Program-made: the position numbers and the translations under genes
NCBI GenBank assembly: GCA_965224025.1
Contig: OZ245033.1
Location: 192,001 to 256,000 of the forward strand
DNA from: Candidatus Multivorans sp.
GTDB lineage: Bacteria > Acidobacteriota > Thermoanaerobaculia > Multivoradales > Multivoraceae
Reading direction: 5' to 3'
Length of the DNA: 64,000 nt
Part shown: positions 1 through 15,282 of the stretch, in pieces
Position numbering within the stretch: the first letter of the stretch is position 1
Layout: every line of letters begins with the position of its first letter
The notes under the pieces: model-generated
Seen by the model: the letters and a program-made list of their open reading frames with translations, nothing else
The model's database searches: none
What the model was told of the DNA's origin: nothing

Positions 1-1
1 C

Positions 2-1651
2 CTGGCCCTGCCGGTCTATTCGTTGTGGAGGTTCTGGGGCCTCGATCTCGGCAACTACATCCAGTTCGACCTCTTCGGGCAGACCCTCACACTGATGCGG
101 ATCGACCGCCTGAGCCGGATCTTCGCCGTCATCTTCCACCTCGCGGCGCTGATCGGCAGCATCTACTCCTTCTACGTCAGGGACAACTTCCAGCCGCTCG
201 TGGGCGTGTTCTACGCCGGTTCCGCCCTTGGCGTCGTCCTGGCCGGCGATCTATGGACGCTGTTCCTGTTCTGGGAGGTCGCGGCGGTGTCGTCGGCGCT
301 CCTGGTCTGGGTTCGCCGGGACGGCCGGGCTCTCGCCGCCGGTCTGCGCTATCTCGGCATGCAGATGGTGTCGGGGGTGCTGCTGCTGGCGGGCATCGTC
401 CTGCTGCGCCACGAGCTCGGCGCCGCGCCAGGCTGGGCCGAGTTCCGCAATCTCACCGGCCTACTCGAGGACGGCGGACTCGGCTTCTCGAACCTGGCGC
501 CGACACTGATCCTACTCGCCTTCGGCCTCAAGGCGGCCTTCCCGTTTCTCCACAGTTGGCTGATCGACGCCTACCCCGAGTCGACGCCGGCGGGGGCCGT
601 GTTTCTGTCGGCCTTCACGACCAAGTTCGCGATCTACGCCCTGGCGCGCGCCTTTCCCGGCCAGTCCGAGCTGATCTGGATCGGCGGGCTGATGACCGCC
701 TTCCCGATCTTCTTCGCGGTGATCGAGAACGACCTGCGCCGCGTGCTCGCCTACAGCATGACGAACCAGCTCGGCTTCATGGTCGTCGGCATCGGTATCG
801 GCACCGAGCTGGCAGTCAACGGCGCCGTCGCCCACGCGTTCGCCGACATCCTGTTCAAGGGCCTCCTGTTCATGGCGATGGGCGCCGTGCTCTACCGGGT
901 CGGCCACGTCAACGGATCGGACCTGGGCGGCCTCTACAAGTCGATGCCGATCACGACCGGGCTCTGCATCATCGGCGCCGCCTCGATCTCGGCCTTCCCG
1001 CTGTTCTCGGCCTTCGCCACAAAGTCGTTGATCATGAGCGCGGCCGCCCACGAGCACTACTTCTGGCTGTGGCTCGTCCTGCTGTTCGCCTCCGCCGGCG
1101 TCTTCCACCACGCGGGGATCAAGATCCCGTTCTTCGCCTTCTTCCACCACGATTCCGGCATCCGCTGCAAAGAGGCGCCGCGGTCGATGCTCGTCGCGAT
1201 GGTGCTGGCCGCCGCAGCGAGCATGACGATCGGGCTGTTCCCGAATCTGCTCTACGGGCTTCTGCCCTACGCAGTCGACTACGTGCCGTACACGAGCACC
1301 CACGTCATCACCCAGAGCCAGCTCCTGTTCTTCTCGGCCCTCGCCTTCGCCACCCTGATGCGCACCGGCCTCTACCCACCCGAACTGCGCTCGGTGAACC
1401 TGGACGCCGACTGGTTCTACCGGCGTGTCGGGTATCGCCTCTGGGAGAACGCGGCCACGGCGTTCGCCGCGCTGCACCGGACCGGCTACGCCGCAACCGG
1501 GCGCCTCGCCGCGACCGCGCTGGCCCTCGCCCAGCGTCATCTGGGCCCGCAGGGCCTGCTCGGCCGCTCGTGGCTGACCGCGTCGATGGCCCTCTGGGTC
1601 GCCGTGCTGCTCGCCGCGTATCTCGTCGTCTTCTACTGGCGTCTGGGGTAG
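2..1651 (+). CDS. mrpD: Na+/H+ antiporter subunit D (MrpD/NuoL-N-like membrane protein), 5'-partial
   Basis: Very hydrophobic; motifs LFLFWE, GLKAAFPFLHSWLIDAYP, RRVLAYS..NQLGFM, AHAFADILFKGLLF; frame is open back to the window start. Confidence 0.8.
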   Translation: MALPVYSLWRFWGLDLGNYIQFDLFGQTLTLMRIDRLSRIFAVIFHLAALIGSIYSFYVRDNFQPLVGVFYAGSALGVVLAGDLWTLFLFWEVAAVSSALLVWVRRDGRALAAGLRYLGMQMVSGVLLLAGIVLLRHELGAAPGWAEFRNLTGLLEDGGLGFSNLAPTLILLAFGLKAAFPFLHSWLIDAYPESTPAGAVFLSAFTTKFAIYALARAFPGQSELIWIGGLMTAFPIFFAVIENDLRRVLAYSMTNQLGFMVVGIGIGTELAVNGAVAHAFADILFKGLLFMAMGAVLYRVGHVNGSDLGGLYKSMPITTGLCIIGAASISAFPLFSAFATKSLIMSAAAHEHYFWLWLVLLFASAGVFHHAGIKIPFFAFFHHDSGIRCKEAPRSMLVAMVLAAAASMTIGLFPNLLYGLLPYAVDYVPYTSTHVITQSQLLFFSALAFATLMRTGLYPPELRSVNLDADWFYRRVGYRLWENAATAFAALHRTGYAATGRLAATALALAQRHLGPQGLLGRSWLTASMALWVAVLLAAYLVVFYWRLG

Positions 1652-1784
1652 CGGCGCTACACCTCTCGCTCGCGGCTGGCTGAGCCCATTTGGCGGTGCC
1701 TCACGCGCCGACCACCAACGGCTGTTCCGGCCCGCGAGGAGCCCCGATGAAGAAGGGCGGAACGATGCTAGCCTCGCGCGCAGC

Positions 1785-2801
1785 ATGAGAACGGCGTTTG
1801 ATGTCTTCAGCGGCTGCGGCGGCCTGACACTCGGCCTAAGGCAGGCTGGTTTCCGTGTCTTAGGTGCCGTCGATCTGGATCGTCTGGCCGTCGCCGCGTA
1901 CAGGTCCAACCACCAAGGGGTCGTGACTTGGCGGCGAGACGTCAGGGACCTCGATGGGCGGACCATCCGGGAGCGTCTAGCCTTCACGAAGGGGCAACTC
2001 GATCTTCTGGCGGGCTGCCCCCCGTGTCAGGGCTTTTCGACTCTGAGAACTTTGAACGGCGCGCGGGAAGTGGGCGACAAGCGGAACGACCTCGTCTTCG
2101 AGTTGCTCCGCCTAGTGAGGGACCTAGAGCCCAAAGCCATCATGCTCGAGAACGTGCCCGGGCTTGGTACTGACGGCAGGATGGCCCGGCTCAGCGACCA
2201 ACTTACCGGCTTGGGCTACATGCACGCCTGGCGCGTCCTCAACGCTGCCGACTACGGCGTGCCGCAGAATCGCCGCCGCCTCATCCTCCTCGGCTCAAGG
2301 CTGGGTCCCATCGACTTCGCGGAGCCGCTAGCCGGGCGCGCCACGGTCCGATCAGCAATCGGGAAGCTAACGCCACCCGGCCAAAGCGGCGATGCTCTCC
2401 ATGACCTCCCCGAGCAACGCTCGCCCAGAGTACGCGCGCTGATCCGGAAGATCCCGAAGGACGGGGGCGGGAGGCTGGATCTTGAGGCATCTGATCAACT
2501 TCCCTGCCACCAAGGCTTCACCGGATTCAAGGACGTCTACGGGCGAATGGCCTGGGACCTACCCGCTCCCACCATCACGAGCGGCTGCCACAACCCGTCC
2601 AAAGGGCGCTTCCTCCATCCAGCCGAGAACAGGGCCATCACGCTGCGAGAAGCTGCCCTCCTTCAGGGGTTTCCAGCCTCCTACTGTTTCCCCCCTGGCG
2701 GAGGGAAACTGGCTCTTGCCGCCCTGATCGGAAACGCTTTGCCACCGGCCTTCGTGTGCAGCCACGCTCTCAAGGTGGCGAAGCGCCTCACGCAACAGTA
2801 G
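1785..2801 (+). CDS. dcm: DNA (cytosine-5)-methyltransferase
   Basis: Motif I FSGCGG, motif IV PPCQGFS, motif VI ENV, motif VIII Q.RRR, motifs IX/X REAALLQGFP and GNA. Confidence 0.95.
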   Translation: MRTAFDVFSGCGGLTLGLRQAGFRVLGAVDLDRLAVAAYRSNHQGVVTWRRDVRDLDGRTIRERLAFTKGQLDLLAGCPPCQGFSTLRTLNGAREVGDKRNDLVFELLRLVRDLEPKAIMLENVPGLGTDGRMARLSDQLTGLGYMHAWRVLNAADYGVPQNRRRLILLGSRLGPIDFAEPLAGRATVRSAIGKLTPPGQSGDALHDLPEQRSPRVRALIRKIPKDGGGRLDLEASDQLPCHQGFTGFKDVYGRMAWDLPAPTITSGCHNPSKGRFLHPAENRAITLREAALLQGFPASYCFPPGGGKLALAALIGNALPPAFVCSHALKVAKRLTQQ

Positions 2802-2821
2802 AGGGGAGAAACTCGCTGGCA

Positions 2822-4849
2822 GTGTCGACGCCTACCAGTAAGAAGGCCCGCCAATTCTCTCTGAGGGTCCTCGGACGAACTCTTGAGCACCTCGGCGTTC
2901 AGACCTACAAACGCAGGGATACGGCCATAGCGGAGTTGGTCGCGAACTGTTGGGATGCGGGTGCCGAGAACGTCAGCATCACGGTCCCCGACGAGAGCTC
3001 TTACGACCCCGGGACGAGCCGAATCACCATCCGGGACGACGGCTGTGGAATGGCCGAAGACGAGGTCCAGGACGCCTACTTGGTCATCGGCAGAGACCGT
3101 CGCAAGTCGGGCTCTACCGCCATCGAGTCCCGCAAGGTCATGGGGCGCAAGGGCATAGGCAAACTGGCTGGTTTCGGCATCGCGTCACGCATGGTGGTAC
3201 GAACTTGGCGCAACGGAGCGCTCACCGAGTTCACTCTCAACGTGGACGACCTGAAGAAGCCTGACAACGAAGTCGGCAACGTGGCAATCGACGCCAGTGT
3301 AGGCAGCCCCCCTGCTGACTTTGGTGAGCATGGCACGGAGCTTGAGCTGAAGACCCTCAAGCACCTCACCCCACTCGACATCGACGGCCTCCGGGAGGCG
3401 TTGGCAAGACGCTTCAGTCGAACCGCGCGAGGCGAGATGACAATCCTCGTCAATGACCTTCGGATTCAGGAGCCGGCGCTGGAGATGACCGACCGGTTCC
3501 CCGGCGAAGCAGACTCCTACCTCGAAGACGAGATAGAGCTGGCAGATGGACGAAACGGGCACGTTCGGTACTACTACGGCTTTGCGAAGAAGCCGATTCG
3601 TTCCCGGGAGCTACGCGGATTCACGATCTATGTGCATGAGAAGACCGCACAGGCTCCGCCGTTCTTCTTCGACGTCGAAGCCACGGCCACGGGCCAGCAT
3701 GGCACCAAGTACGTCACCGGTGCTATTGAAGTCGACTTTCTTGACGACGGTCCGGCGGATCTGATTTCGACCGACCGGCAAGAGATCGACTGGGAGGCCG
3801 ACGAAGTACAGCCGTTCAAGAGGTGGGGAGACGACTTGAGTCGGCGAGTACTCCGAGAGTGGAGGGACCGCAAGGAGGAACGCGCCGAAGCTTGGATTCT
3901 CGAAGAAACCGACATCCGTAGCCGCATCGAGGCTCTGGACCCCCCTTCTCAGAAGCAGGTCAAGCGGTTCCTGCGAACACTCGGCCGTGTAGAAGGGGAC
4001 AGCGAGGAGAACGTGCGGTCGCTCGCCGATTCGCTAGTGCAAGCGTACGAGTTCCGCCACTTCTATGACGTGGTTCAGGAGATCGAGGCAACTGAGGACG
4101 ATCCGGACTCACTCCGAGTGCTCTTGGAACACTTGAGAGACTGGCAAGTTCTCGAGAGCCGCGCGATCCTCGAGGTCGTTCACGGACGTCTGCAGATCGT
4201 AGACAAGTTCCACAACATGATCGCGAACAATGTTCCAGAGACCGCGCCCCGGGTGGGCACCGACAACCTCCATGATCTCTTGGCTGGCTATCCGTGGTTG
4301 CTCAGTCCAGAGTGGCAGGTCCTGGCTGAGGAGAGGACGATCTCAAGACAGCTCATGGAGTGGATGTACGAAGACGTAGCGGAACAGGATCGCCGGCGTC
4401 GTTACGACTTCATGGCGCTTGGCGATGAGCGGCGACTGGTCGTCGTTGAGATTAAGAGGTCCGGCCACCCGGTCGAACACGAGGAGTTGCAGCGGCTAGA
4501 AGACTACAAGGAGCGACTGAGCCGGGCCCAAACACGGGACTTGGCCATGGTCATGGTCTGTAGCGGCAACCTGAATCTCTCTGAAAGCGGCAAGGAGAAC
4601 TGGAAGACCAGAAGAGACGGCGAGATCCTGCAGTGGAGCCGCGTCTACGACCGCGCCAAGGCGCACTACGAACACTACCGCGCGATCCTGGAGAAGCACA
4701 TTAGCGACCCTTCCTTTGCCCGCAAGACCGAAGAGGTTCGGCAGACTCGACGCGTCCTGGAGAGCGGGACGTCGTATCGAGGAACTGAAGCTCGAGCTCG
4801 CGGCCTTGGCCCGCAGGACGTTACGCTGGAAGACGACACGAAGGACTGA
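2822..4849 (+). CDS. GHKL (MORC/Hsp90-like) ATPase fused to a C-terminal PD-(D/E)XK nuclease; putative restriction component
   Basis: ELVANCWDA, DDGCGM, GRKGIGK GHKL motifs; C-terminal YDFMALGDERRLVVVEIKR; start inferred at GTG 2822 after GAGGGGAG. Confidence 0.8.
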   Translation: MSTPTSKKARQFSLRVLGRTLEHLGVQTYKRRDTAIAELVANCWDAGAENVSITVPDESSYDPGTSRITIRDDGCGMAEDEVQDAYLVIGRDRRKSGSTAIESRKVMGRKGIGKLAGFGIASRMVVRTWRNGALTEFTLNVDDLKKPDNEVGNVAIDASVGSPPADFGEHGTELELKTLKHLTPLDIDGLREALARRFSRTARGEMTILVNDLRIQEPALEMTDRFPGEADSYLEDEIELADGRNGHVRYYYGFAKKPIRSRELRGFTIYVHEKTAQAPPFFFDVEATATGQHGTKYVTGAIEVDFLDDGPADLISTDRQEIDWEADEVQPFKRWGDDLSRRVLREWRDRKEERAEAWILEETDIRSRIEALDPPSQKQVKRFLRTLGRVEGDSEENVRSLADSLVQAYEFRHFYDVVQEIEATEDDPDSLRVLLEHLRDWQVLESRAILEVVHGRLQIVDKFHNMIANNVPETAPRVGTDNLHDLLAGYPWLLSPEWQVLAEERTISRQLMEWMYEDVAEQDRRRRYDFMALGDERRLVVVEIKRSGHPVEHEELQRLEDYKERLSRAQTRDLAMVMVCSGNLNLSESGKENWKTRRDGEILQWSRVYDRAKAHYEHYRAILEKHISDPSFARKTEEVRQTRRVLESGTSYRGTEARARGLGPQDVTLEDDTKD

Positions 4850-4908
4850 CAGACGGCCATCTTGGCAAAGACGGCCAAGCGGGTCTACGCGGAGGCACGG
4901 GCACACCT

Positions 4909-5322
4909 GTGGATCACTTGACAGCAGTAGAGCGATCAGCCTTGATGGGCCGCGTCCGTGGAAAGAACACGTCTCCGGAGAGGGTCGTTCGTCGCCTCGC
5001 CCATGCCATGGGAGGTAGGTTCCGCCTGCACAGGCGCGATCTTCCTGGGTGTCCTGATCTTGTCTTCCCCTCCAGGCGCAAGGTCGTACTCGTCCACGGC
5101 TGCTACTGGCACCGGCACACCTGTCGTCGCGGCCGCAGCACTCCTCGAACGAACTCGGCTTTCTGGCTGGCGAAGTTCGCGGCCAACGTCAAGAGGGACC
5201 GCCTGAACAAGAGGGCACTGCGTCGACTCGGCTGGGAGATTCTGGTCGTTTGGGAGTGTGAGACGCGCCCTGTGGCCCGGGATGGTCTCGCTACGAAGCT
5301 ACGTAGTTTCCTGGAGGCGTAG
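4909..5322 (+). CDS. vsr: Very short patch repair endonuclease
   Basis: MDHLT..RS.LM.RVRGKNTSPE, LPGCPDLVF, VHGCYWHRH, LVVWECE; next to a C5 MTase. Confidence 0.95.
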   Translation: MDHLTAVERSALMGRVRGKNTSPERVVRRLAHAMGGRFRLHRRDLPGCPDLVFPSRRKVVLVHGCYWHRHTCRRGRSTPRTNSAFWLAKFAANVKRDRLNKRALRRLGWEILVVWECETRPVARDGLATKLRSFLEA

Positions 5323-5501
5323 ACGGTTGGACGCCAGTCGTCCAATCTCGTGAGGGAGTGCTTTCGCACTGGGGCTTGTTGCCCCGGCTACCCACGCGGA
5401 AACGGCGGGAGCGTAGCTACGGAGGTGGCCGTGCGAACCCTCAAATCCGGTGTGCGGGTCGAACGCCGCACAGGACCGCCTCCAGATCAACCGGCGTTCT
5501 T

Positions 5502-5791
5502 CTACGTGTCCTGTGAGGGCTGCGACATCTTGATTCCGTGACGCTTTTCCCAGAGTTCCCGATAACGTCTGCACCCTGCGTCTGTCAGATGGAGGTCGTG
5601 GTACCTGTAGTACTGGCAGTCTTGAGTGGGTCCCTGAACGATACCCGGTCTGATCAAGCCCGTTCGTCCATCTTTCCAATCTTGGCGTGGAGCACGGCAT
5701 CGTCGGCGTCGTTCAGCGTGGAGGGCCGGTCTCCTTCCGTGCCGCCTCCCTCTGCCCATGCCAGGATTTCGTACTCAAGGTCTAGCTTCAT
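5502..5791 (-). pseudogene. Small DUF2513/YjcQ-like winged-helix protein, frameshifted
   Basis: MKLDLEYEILAWAE...HAKIGKMDER continues as GLIRPG...LHLTDAG in another frame; one G missing from a G run near 5660. Confidence 0.5.
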
Positions 5792-6031
5792 AGCGAACTC
5801 CGCGGTAATCCTGCCTGAAGTTGCTTCGGATCGCCCGTTTCCCCATTCGAGCTGCCCTCGGCATGAGCCGACGATGGCCGGCATAGTAGTCGACCACCGT
5901 GCGAGGCACGAGGCGAGGGCGGGTCTCGGCATCTCACCTGCTTCGAGAACCGGATGCCCCAGGGGATGCGAGATGCCGCCGCCAACTACGTCCGTCGATG
6001 CCCTTGTCGCCCCTCACACTCCGCTCGATGT

Positions 6032-6295
6032 CTACGTCACCGGATTGTCGAGGAAACTGCCTTGTCCTTCGTTTGAGCGCCTTGGGCGTACGGTGACGGA
6101 CCCGTCGAACGCACCATTGGCGCGGAGATCGTCGGCGCTCAGAAGGGGGCCGTCGCAGATTCGGCGGAGGAGATCGGCCTGGCGAGGTTCGAGCGCGACC
6201 AGACGACCGAGCACATGCAGCACGTGCATCAGCTCCGTGGTGTACTCGGCGAGCCAGCCGCCGGGCTGGATCGACGCGAGCGGGGACGGCGGGCG
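6032..6295 (-). pseudogene. Out-of-frame C-terminus of the type IIG/ISP-like RM enzyme
   Basis: RRPPSPLASIQPGGWLAEYTTELMHVLHVLGRLVALEPRQADLL follows the main ORF in a shifted frame. Confidence 0.7.
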
Positions 6296-9200
6296 TCGAT
6301 GGGCCGGGAGCGGTCACGACGGCGATAGCTGAACCACTGGACGAGCACCTGCTTGCCCGAGACTTCGTACTCCCACACCGCTGGAGGCACGTTGTCGATG
6401 AAGCCGTCGCCGACCTTCAAACGGCGGAGCGCGTCAAAGTAGTCGATACTGCCAGGGAAGTGGTCCGGGCGGGTCGAGATAGAGCCCGCCGTCGGGATGA
6501 TGGGCCGCTCGCCCTGCGGCATGCGCGGCGGGCCGCCGGGGTGTCCCGCCCCGGGATCCGCGAAGCGCTCCCCGAAGCAGTGGAGCCAGATGACCTCTCG
6601 CCCGATCTCGAACGCCTCGGCGAACAACGAGGCGTCGGCGGTCATTGGGAAGCGAAGTCCCGGCTGCAGTAGATCGGGCCGGAAACGCTCGGTGTAGGCG
6701 GGGTGCGCCGCGACCGCCGCGAAGTAGGCCATGAGGTCAGTGGCGCCGACGGCAATCCCCAGGACTTCGGTCAACTCGCGGAGTAGCTCAGCCTTGAGGT
6801 TCGGCGTCCGGTGCTCGCGGTCGGCCCAGAGTGGGAACACGCGACCGCCTCGGCCGTTGTAATGGTGCAGATCCGGTATCGTCGCAGAGAAGGTGACGGC
6901 CGGACCTGCCGAAGGCGGGTGTGCTTGCACCGCCGTCATGTACACCTGCCGGCTCGAATGGGTCTCCCAAAGGGTCGGATTCGGCTGATTGATGAGCCGC
7001 CCATCGGGGATGATCCACTGTCGATCGAAGGAGCGGTAGCCGTAGCGGACAGGCCGGATGACGGCTCCGGCGTCGGACACGACGGGTCCGGGGCGAAACT
7101 CATGGCCATGTAGCCCGTCTCGTAGCGATTTGTGGACGTGCTTGTCGCCCGGCTTGCCATTCCGAATATGCGGATGGAACAGAGTCTCCTTCTTCCCGGC
7201 ATCGGATTCTGATTGCAGCACCTGCCAGCGTCGTTCCAGCGAGACGGGGTCCGGCGCGATTACCCAAGTCCGTCCCGGCATCACGCCGGAGCCGTCGTAG
7301 TCGAACAGGTCTTCCAGGGCCGCGAACTCACGCCACGCCCCGGCCGATCGGGGGAGGAACGAGGCGCGAGGATCCGACGGCGATTCGGTCCACCCGTCGT
7401 CGTCCAGCGCAATCCGACCAAGCGCCGCGAACTTTTCGGTTCGGTGTCCAGGCGGCAGAGCGCGATAGCGGACTCGCGCTGGCCCGGGCGCGCCCGCTTC
7501 GGTGCTGCGAAGCGCCATGACGATGCACACGGGCTGCTGCACGTCCTGGAAGATGCGCGTCCGCACTTCCGGTTGATGCCCCTCCGGCGAGCAGTCGATG
7601 ACCCAAATCTCGTCCGCGTCCCGGCGGAGCTCCGCCCGCATCTTCTGAAAGCCGGGTCCGTTCAGAAAGCCTGCCACCGTGATGAAGCACACGATGCCAC
7701 GGCGGTCGGCCAGCCGGGTGCCTTCGGTCCGTGACCGGTCGTCGTCTCGGCTGCGGTTCTGCCCATGGCCCTCGCTGCCCGGCCTGCCACCATCCCCAAA
7801 GACTTTCCACGCCGCCCAGCGCCAGAAGTAGACGTAGAGATTGCGCAGATGCTTCGTATGGGCGCCGACATCCCAGTCCGCCGGCGGCATCCACTGGCGG
7901 AGCGGAGCGCCGACTTCATTGCCTGGCGATCCGCTCTCGACCCAGCCGCCGAGGCCCTTCGCCTTCTCCCCGTAGGGCGGGTTGCCGATGACGACGGTGA
8001 TCTTCTCCTCCCGTTTGATGGCGTTGGCGCGCCGGCGGGACTCGCCGAGAGGCATGAGGATGTTCGGAAGGTACTCCTCCTCGGCGTAAGGGTTGCCGAG
8101 CGTGTCGGTCACGAACAACCGCGTCGCGGGCACCGCGTCCGGGTCGCCGAGGAGCAATCGCAACTCCGCGAGGAGACGTAGCTGCGCCACCGCGAAGGGG
8201 CCGAACTGCATCTCGAATCCGATGAGGCGGGACACGGCCTGCTCGACTACCGCAGGCGGCCCCCCGGGCCCCTGATCGGCCGCGGTCGTCTGCGCGATGC
8301 GTCGGAGAACCCCCAGCAGAAAGGTGCCGGTCCCGGTCGCCGGATCGGCGATGGTCACTTCCTGCGAGGCGAGACCACCCGGCAGCGCGAATCGTTGCCC
8401 GGAACTTAGCGCCTCGTCGACCAGCCGCACCATGGCGTAGACCACTTCCGGCGGCGTGTAGTACGAGCCCGTCTTCTTGCGAAGCTCGTTGTCGTACACG
8501 CTCAGGAAGTCCTCGTAGAAGTACAACCAGGCTTCCGGTTTGCCCTTGCTGACGGCGAGCCAGTGAACCGCGTTGAGCACTCGCGTCAGGGTGGCGAGCG
8601 AGGTCTTGAGCGCCATCTCATTGTCGGCGTCGTCAGTGAGGATGCGGAGCGCGGTACCGATGAGTGTGTTGGTGTCGCGCAGCTCGCCGGCCGCTCGATC
8701 TAGACCGTCGGCGAGCCGGATGTCGCGCGCCCGAGCCATCAAGAGCCCGAAGGTGACCGCTTGGGCGTATCCGTCCGCGAAGGCTTCGTCCGTTGCCCTC
8801 GGAAACAGGAGTTTGCGCCAGTCCGCCGCGAGGTTCGTGAGCGAGGGCGAGCCCCGGCCCAACTGCTCGGTCACCTCTTCACGCAGCAGCCGGCAGAGGC
8901 GAGCCGTCGTGTCGGCGAGCTCCTTGGCCGAACGGGGCGGCAGCGGCTCCCACTGGAAGAAGTCGGCGAAGACGGACAAGAGGTCATCGGAGGCGGACAG
9001 CCTTGCACCGGAGGTCTCTACATCACCCTCCAACTGAACGACCTGTTCCACCAACTCGCCATTTCGCCAGAGGCTGAATCCGTTGCCATCCGTATAGATG
9101 AGATTCGGGAGGGTCTGGAGCTTTGCCCACTGCTCCTGGTCGTGCGGATCGCGAAAGCGACGGGGGTCGGCGCCTTTCCCGGGCGCCTTGACCTCGATGA

Positions 9201-9441
9201 AGCCGATCAGGGCGTCCCTGCGGGTGACGGCGTAGTCGGGCCGCGTCTTGATGTCGGCAAGCGACGTCTCGCCAACCATGACCACCGTGCCGGGACGCAG
9301 CCCCAGCAACTCGGCCAAGTTCCCGACGAGGGTCTCCAGCGGGGCGCGCAACTGATCCTCCGGCGCACCGCTCGCGACGGGGTTCGAGAGCTTGGCTTTG
9401 GCTTCACGTCCGAATGCGGACATGGCTCGCTGAAGTGACAT
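6229..9441 (-). CDS. Type IIG / ISP-like restriction-modification enzyme (nuclease + N6-adenine MTase + LlaBIII-like specificity domain, no helicase); frameshifted near the C-terminus
   Basis: RPDYAV...IEVK nuclease, GSYYTP, DPATGTGTFL, GNPPY, YGYRSFDRQW, VWEYEVSGKQVL. Confidence 0.85.
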   Translation of the reverse strand: MSLQRAMSAFGREAKAKLSNPVASGAPEDQLRAPLETLVGNLAELLGLRPGTVVMVGETSLADIKTRPDYAVTRRDALIGFIEVKAPGKGADPRRFRDPHDQEQWAKLQTLPNLIYTDGNGFSLWRNGELVEQVVQLEGDVETSGARLSASDDLLSVFADFFQWEPLPPRSAKELADTTARLCRLLREEVTEQLGRGSPSLTNLAADWRKLLFPRATDEAFADGYAQAVTFGLLMARARDIRLADGLDRAAGELRDTNTLIGTALRILTDDADNEMALKTSLATLTRVLNAVHWLAVSKGKPEAWLYFYEDFLSVYDNELRKKTGSYYTPPEVVYAMVRLVDEALSSGQRFALPGGLASQEVTIADPATGTGTFLLGVLRRIAQTTAADQGPGGPPAVVEQAVSRLIGFEMQFGPFAVAQLRLLAELRLLLGDPDAVPATRLFVTDTLGNPYAEEEYLPNILMPLGESRRRANAIKREEKITVVIGNPPYGEKAKGLGGWVESGSPGNEVGAPLRQWMPPADWDVGAHTKHLRNLYVYFWRWAAWKVFGDGGRPGSEGHGQNRSRDDDRSRTEGTRLADRRGIVCFITVAGFLNGPGFQKMRAELRRDADEIWVIDCSPEGHQPEVRTRIFQDVQQPVCIVMALRSTEAGAPGPARVRYRALPPGHRTEKFAALGRIALDDDGWTESPSDPRASFLPRSAGAWREFAALEDLFDYDGSGVMPGRTWVIAPDPVSLERRWQVLQSESDAGKKETLFHPHIRNGKPGDKHVHKSLRDGLHGHEFRPGPVVSDAGAVIRPVRYGYRSFDRQWIIPDGRLINQPNPTLWETHSSRQVYMTAVQAHPPSAGPAVTFSATIPDLHHYNGRGGRVFPLWADREHRTPNLKAELLRELTEVLGIAVGATDLMAYFAAVAAHPAYTERFRPDLLQPGLRFPMTADASLFAEAFEIGREVIWLHCFGERFADPGAGHPGGPPRMPQGERPIIPTAGSISTRPDHFPGSIDYFDALRRLKVGDGFIDNVPPAVWEYEVSGKQVLVQWFSYRRRDRSRPIDARRPRSRRSSPAAGSPSTPRS

Positions 9442-9614
9442 GCGCAGCGTACTTCCGGTGAAAGCACTATCGTCGCACAGTCAAGCACGAGCCTCCCGGC
9501 CCAAACTCACACTACACCGCAGCCGCATGGAGAACCTGCACGGAGACCCGAGGGCGCACGGAGTCGCATCGGTTCTCTGCCCTAGTGGAAGCCGTGGTCT
9601 GGACGCCCCGTCAA

Positions 9615-9669
9615 CATCAGCTTCTCTAATGCTCCACGGTTGCTCCATGAGACGGGCCTAATGTAAGAT
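9615..9669 (+). promoter_or_regulatory. Putative LysR boxes and sigma70 promoter of the lysR-gltBD operon
   Basis: CAT-N11-ATG (9615-9631) and CAT-N12-ATG (9646-9663); TTGCTC-N18-TAAGAT. Confidence 0.45.
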
Positions 9670-9681
9670 TCCGCCCTTACG

Positions 9682-10598
9682 ATGCAAGGGCTCAGGATCT
9701 TCTGCGATGTCGCCGATCTGCGCAGCTTCAGCCGTGCGGCCGAGCTTCACGGCATCACCCAGTCGGCGGTCAGTCAGCGCATCCATCACCTCGAAGAACG
9801 GCTCGGCACGAAGCTGCTCGACCGCTCGAAGCGCCCGTTCGTGCTCACGCCGGCCGGCGACCTCGTGGCCCGCGAAGGGCACGAGCTGGTGGCCCGCTAC
9901 GACGCGCTGGCGCGCAGCGTCGCGCGACTCGACCCCGAGCGGGGCGGATCCGTCCGCGTCCACGCGATCTACTCCGCGGGAATCGCGCTGCTGAACCAGT
10001 TGCGGAGGGAGTTCCAGCGCCGGCGGCCCGAGCTGGACATCCAGATCGAGTACGAACCGCCCTCCGCGGTCGCCGAATCCGCGCGGACCGGCCGCTGCGA
10101 CTTCGGCATCGTCTCCTACCCGGAACAGTGGCCCGGTCTGCAATCGCGGCCGTTGCGCGAGGAGCCGATGTGCCTCGCCTGCGGAGTGCACCACGAACTG
10201 GCGAGCGAAGAGCGGGTCCTGGCAGCCGACCTCGACGGCCGGGAGTTGATCCACTTCACGCACGAACTCCCAGCGGCGCGTCACATCCGGAGTTACCTGG
10301 TCGAGCACGGGGCCGACGCAGTGTTCGCCCAGCGCCTCGACAACATCGACACCTTCAAGAGCATGCTCCAGGCGACCGACTACGCGGCGATCCTGCCGCT
10401 GCGGACCTTCCTCGCCGAAGTCCGCGCCGGGCTGCTCGCCGCCGTGCCTCTCGAACCGTCGCTCGAGCGGCCGATGGGCATCGTCTACGCGCGCCGCAGA
10501 CTGCGGCCGGCGGCACAGGACTTCGCCGCGTTCCTGGTCGAGAACGCCGGGCCGCTGACCGCCGACGGCGAGCTGAGGGCGCAGCGCGGAGAAGCCGC

Positions 10599-10602
<4 letters not shown>
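9682..10602 (+). CDS. LysR-family transcriptional regulator
   Basis: HTH SFSRAAELHGITQSAVSQRIHHLEERLG, LTPAG; stop overlaps the gltB start (ATGA). Confidence 0.95.
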
Positions 10603-15230
<4,628 letters not shown>

Positions 15231-15282
15231 GGCCGCGGCCTGAGGCCGCCGGCGGCATACCATTCGCAGCATCGCAAGCCAG

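Noticed and set aside
25-1987. Long alternative-frame and antisense ORFs (also over gltB, the TonB receptor, S9 and the sulfatases)
   Set aside because: Arg/Pro/Gly-rich shadows of real genes, expected at high GC; no motifs
10128-10598. N-terminal extension of the 1700-aa ORF
   Set aside because: Overlaps lysR; GltB homology begins at ATG 10599
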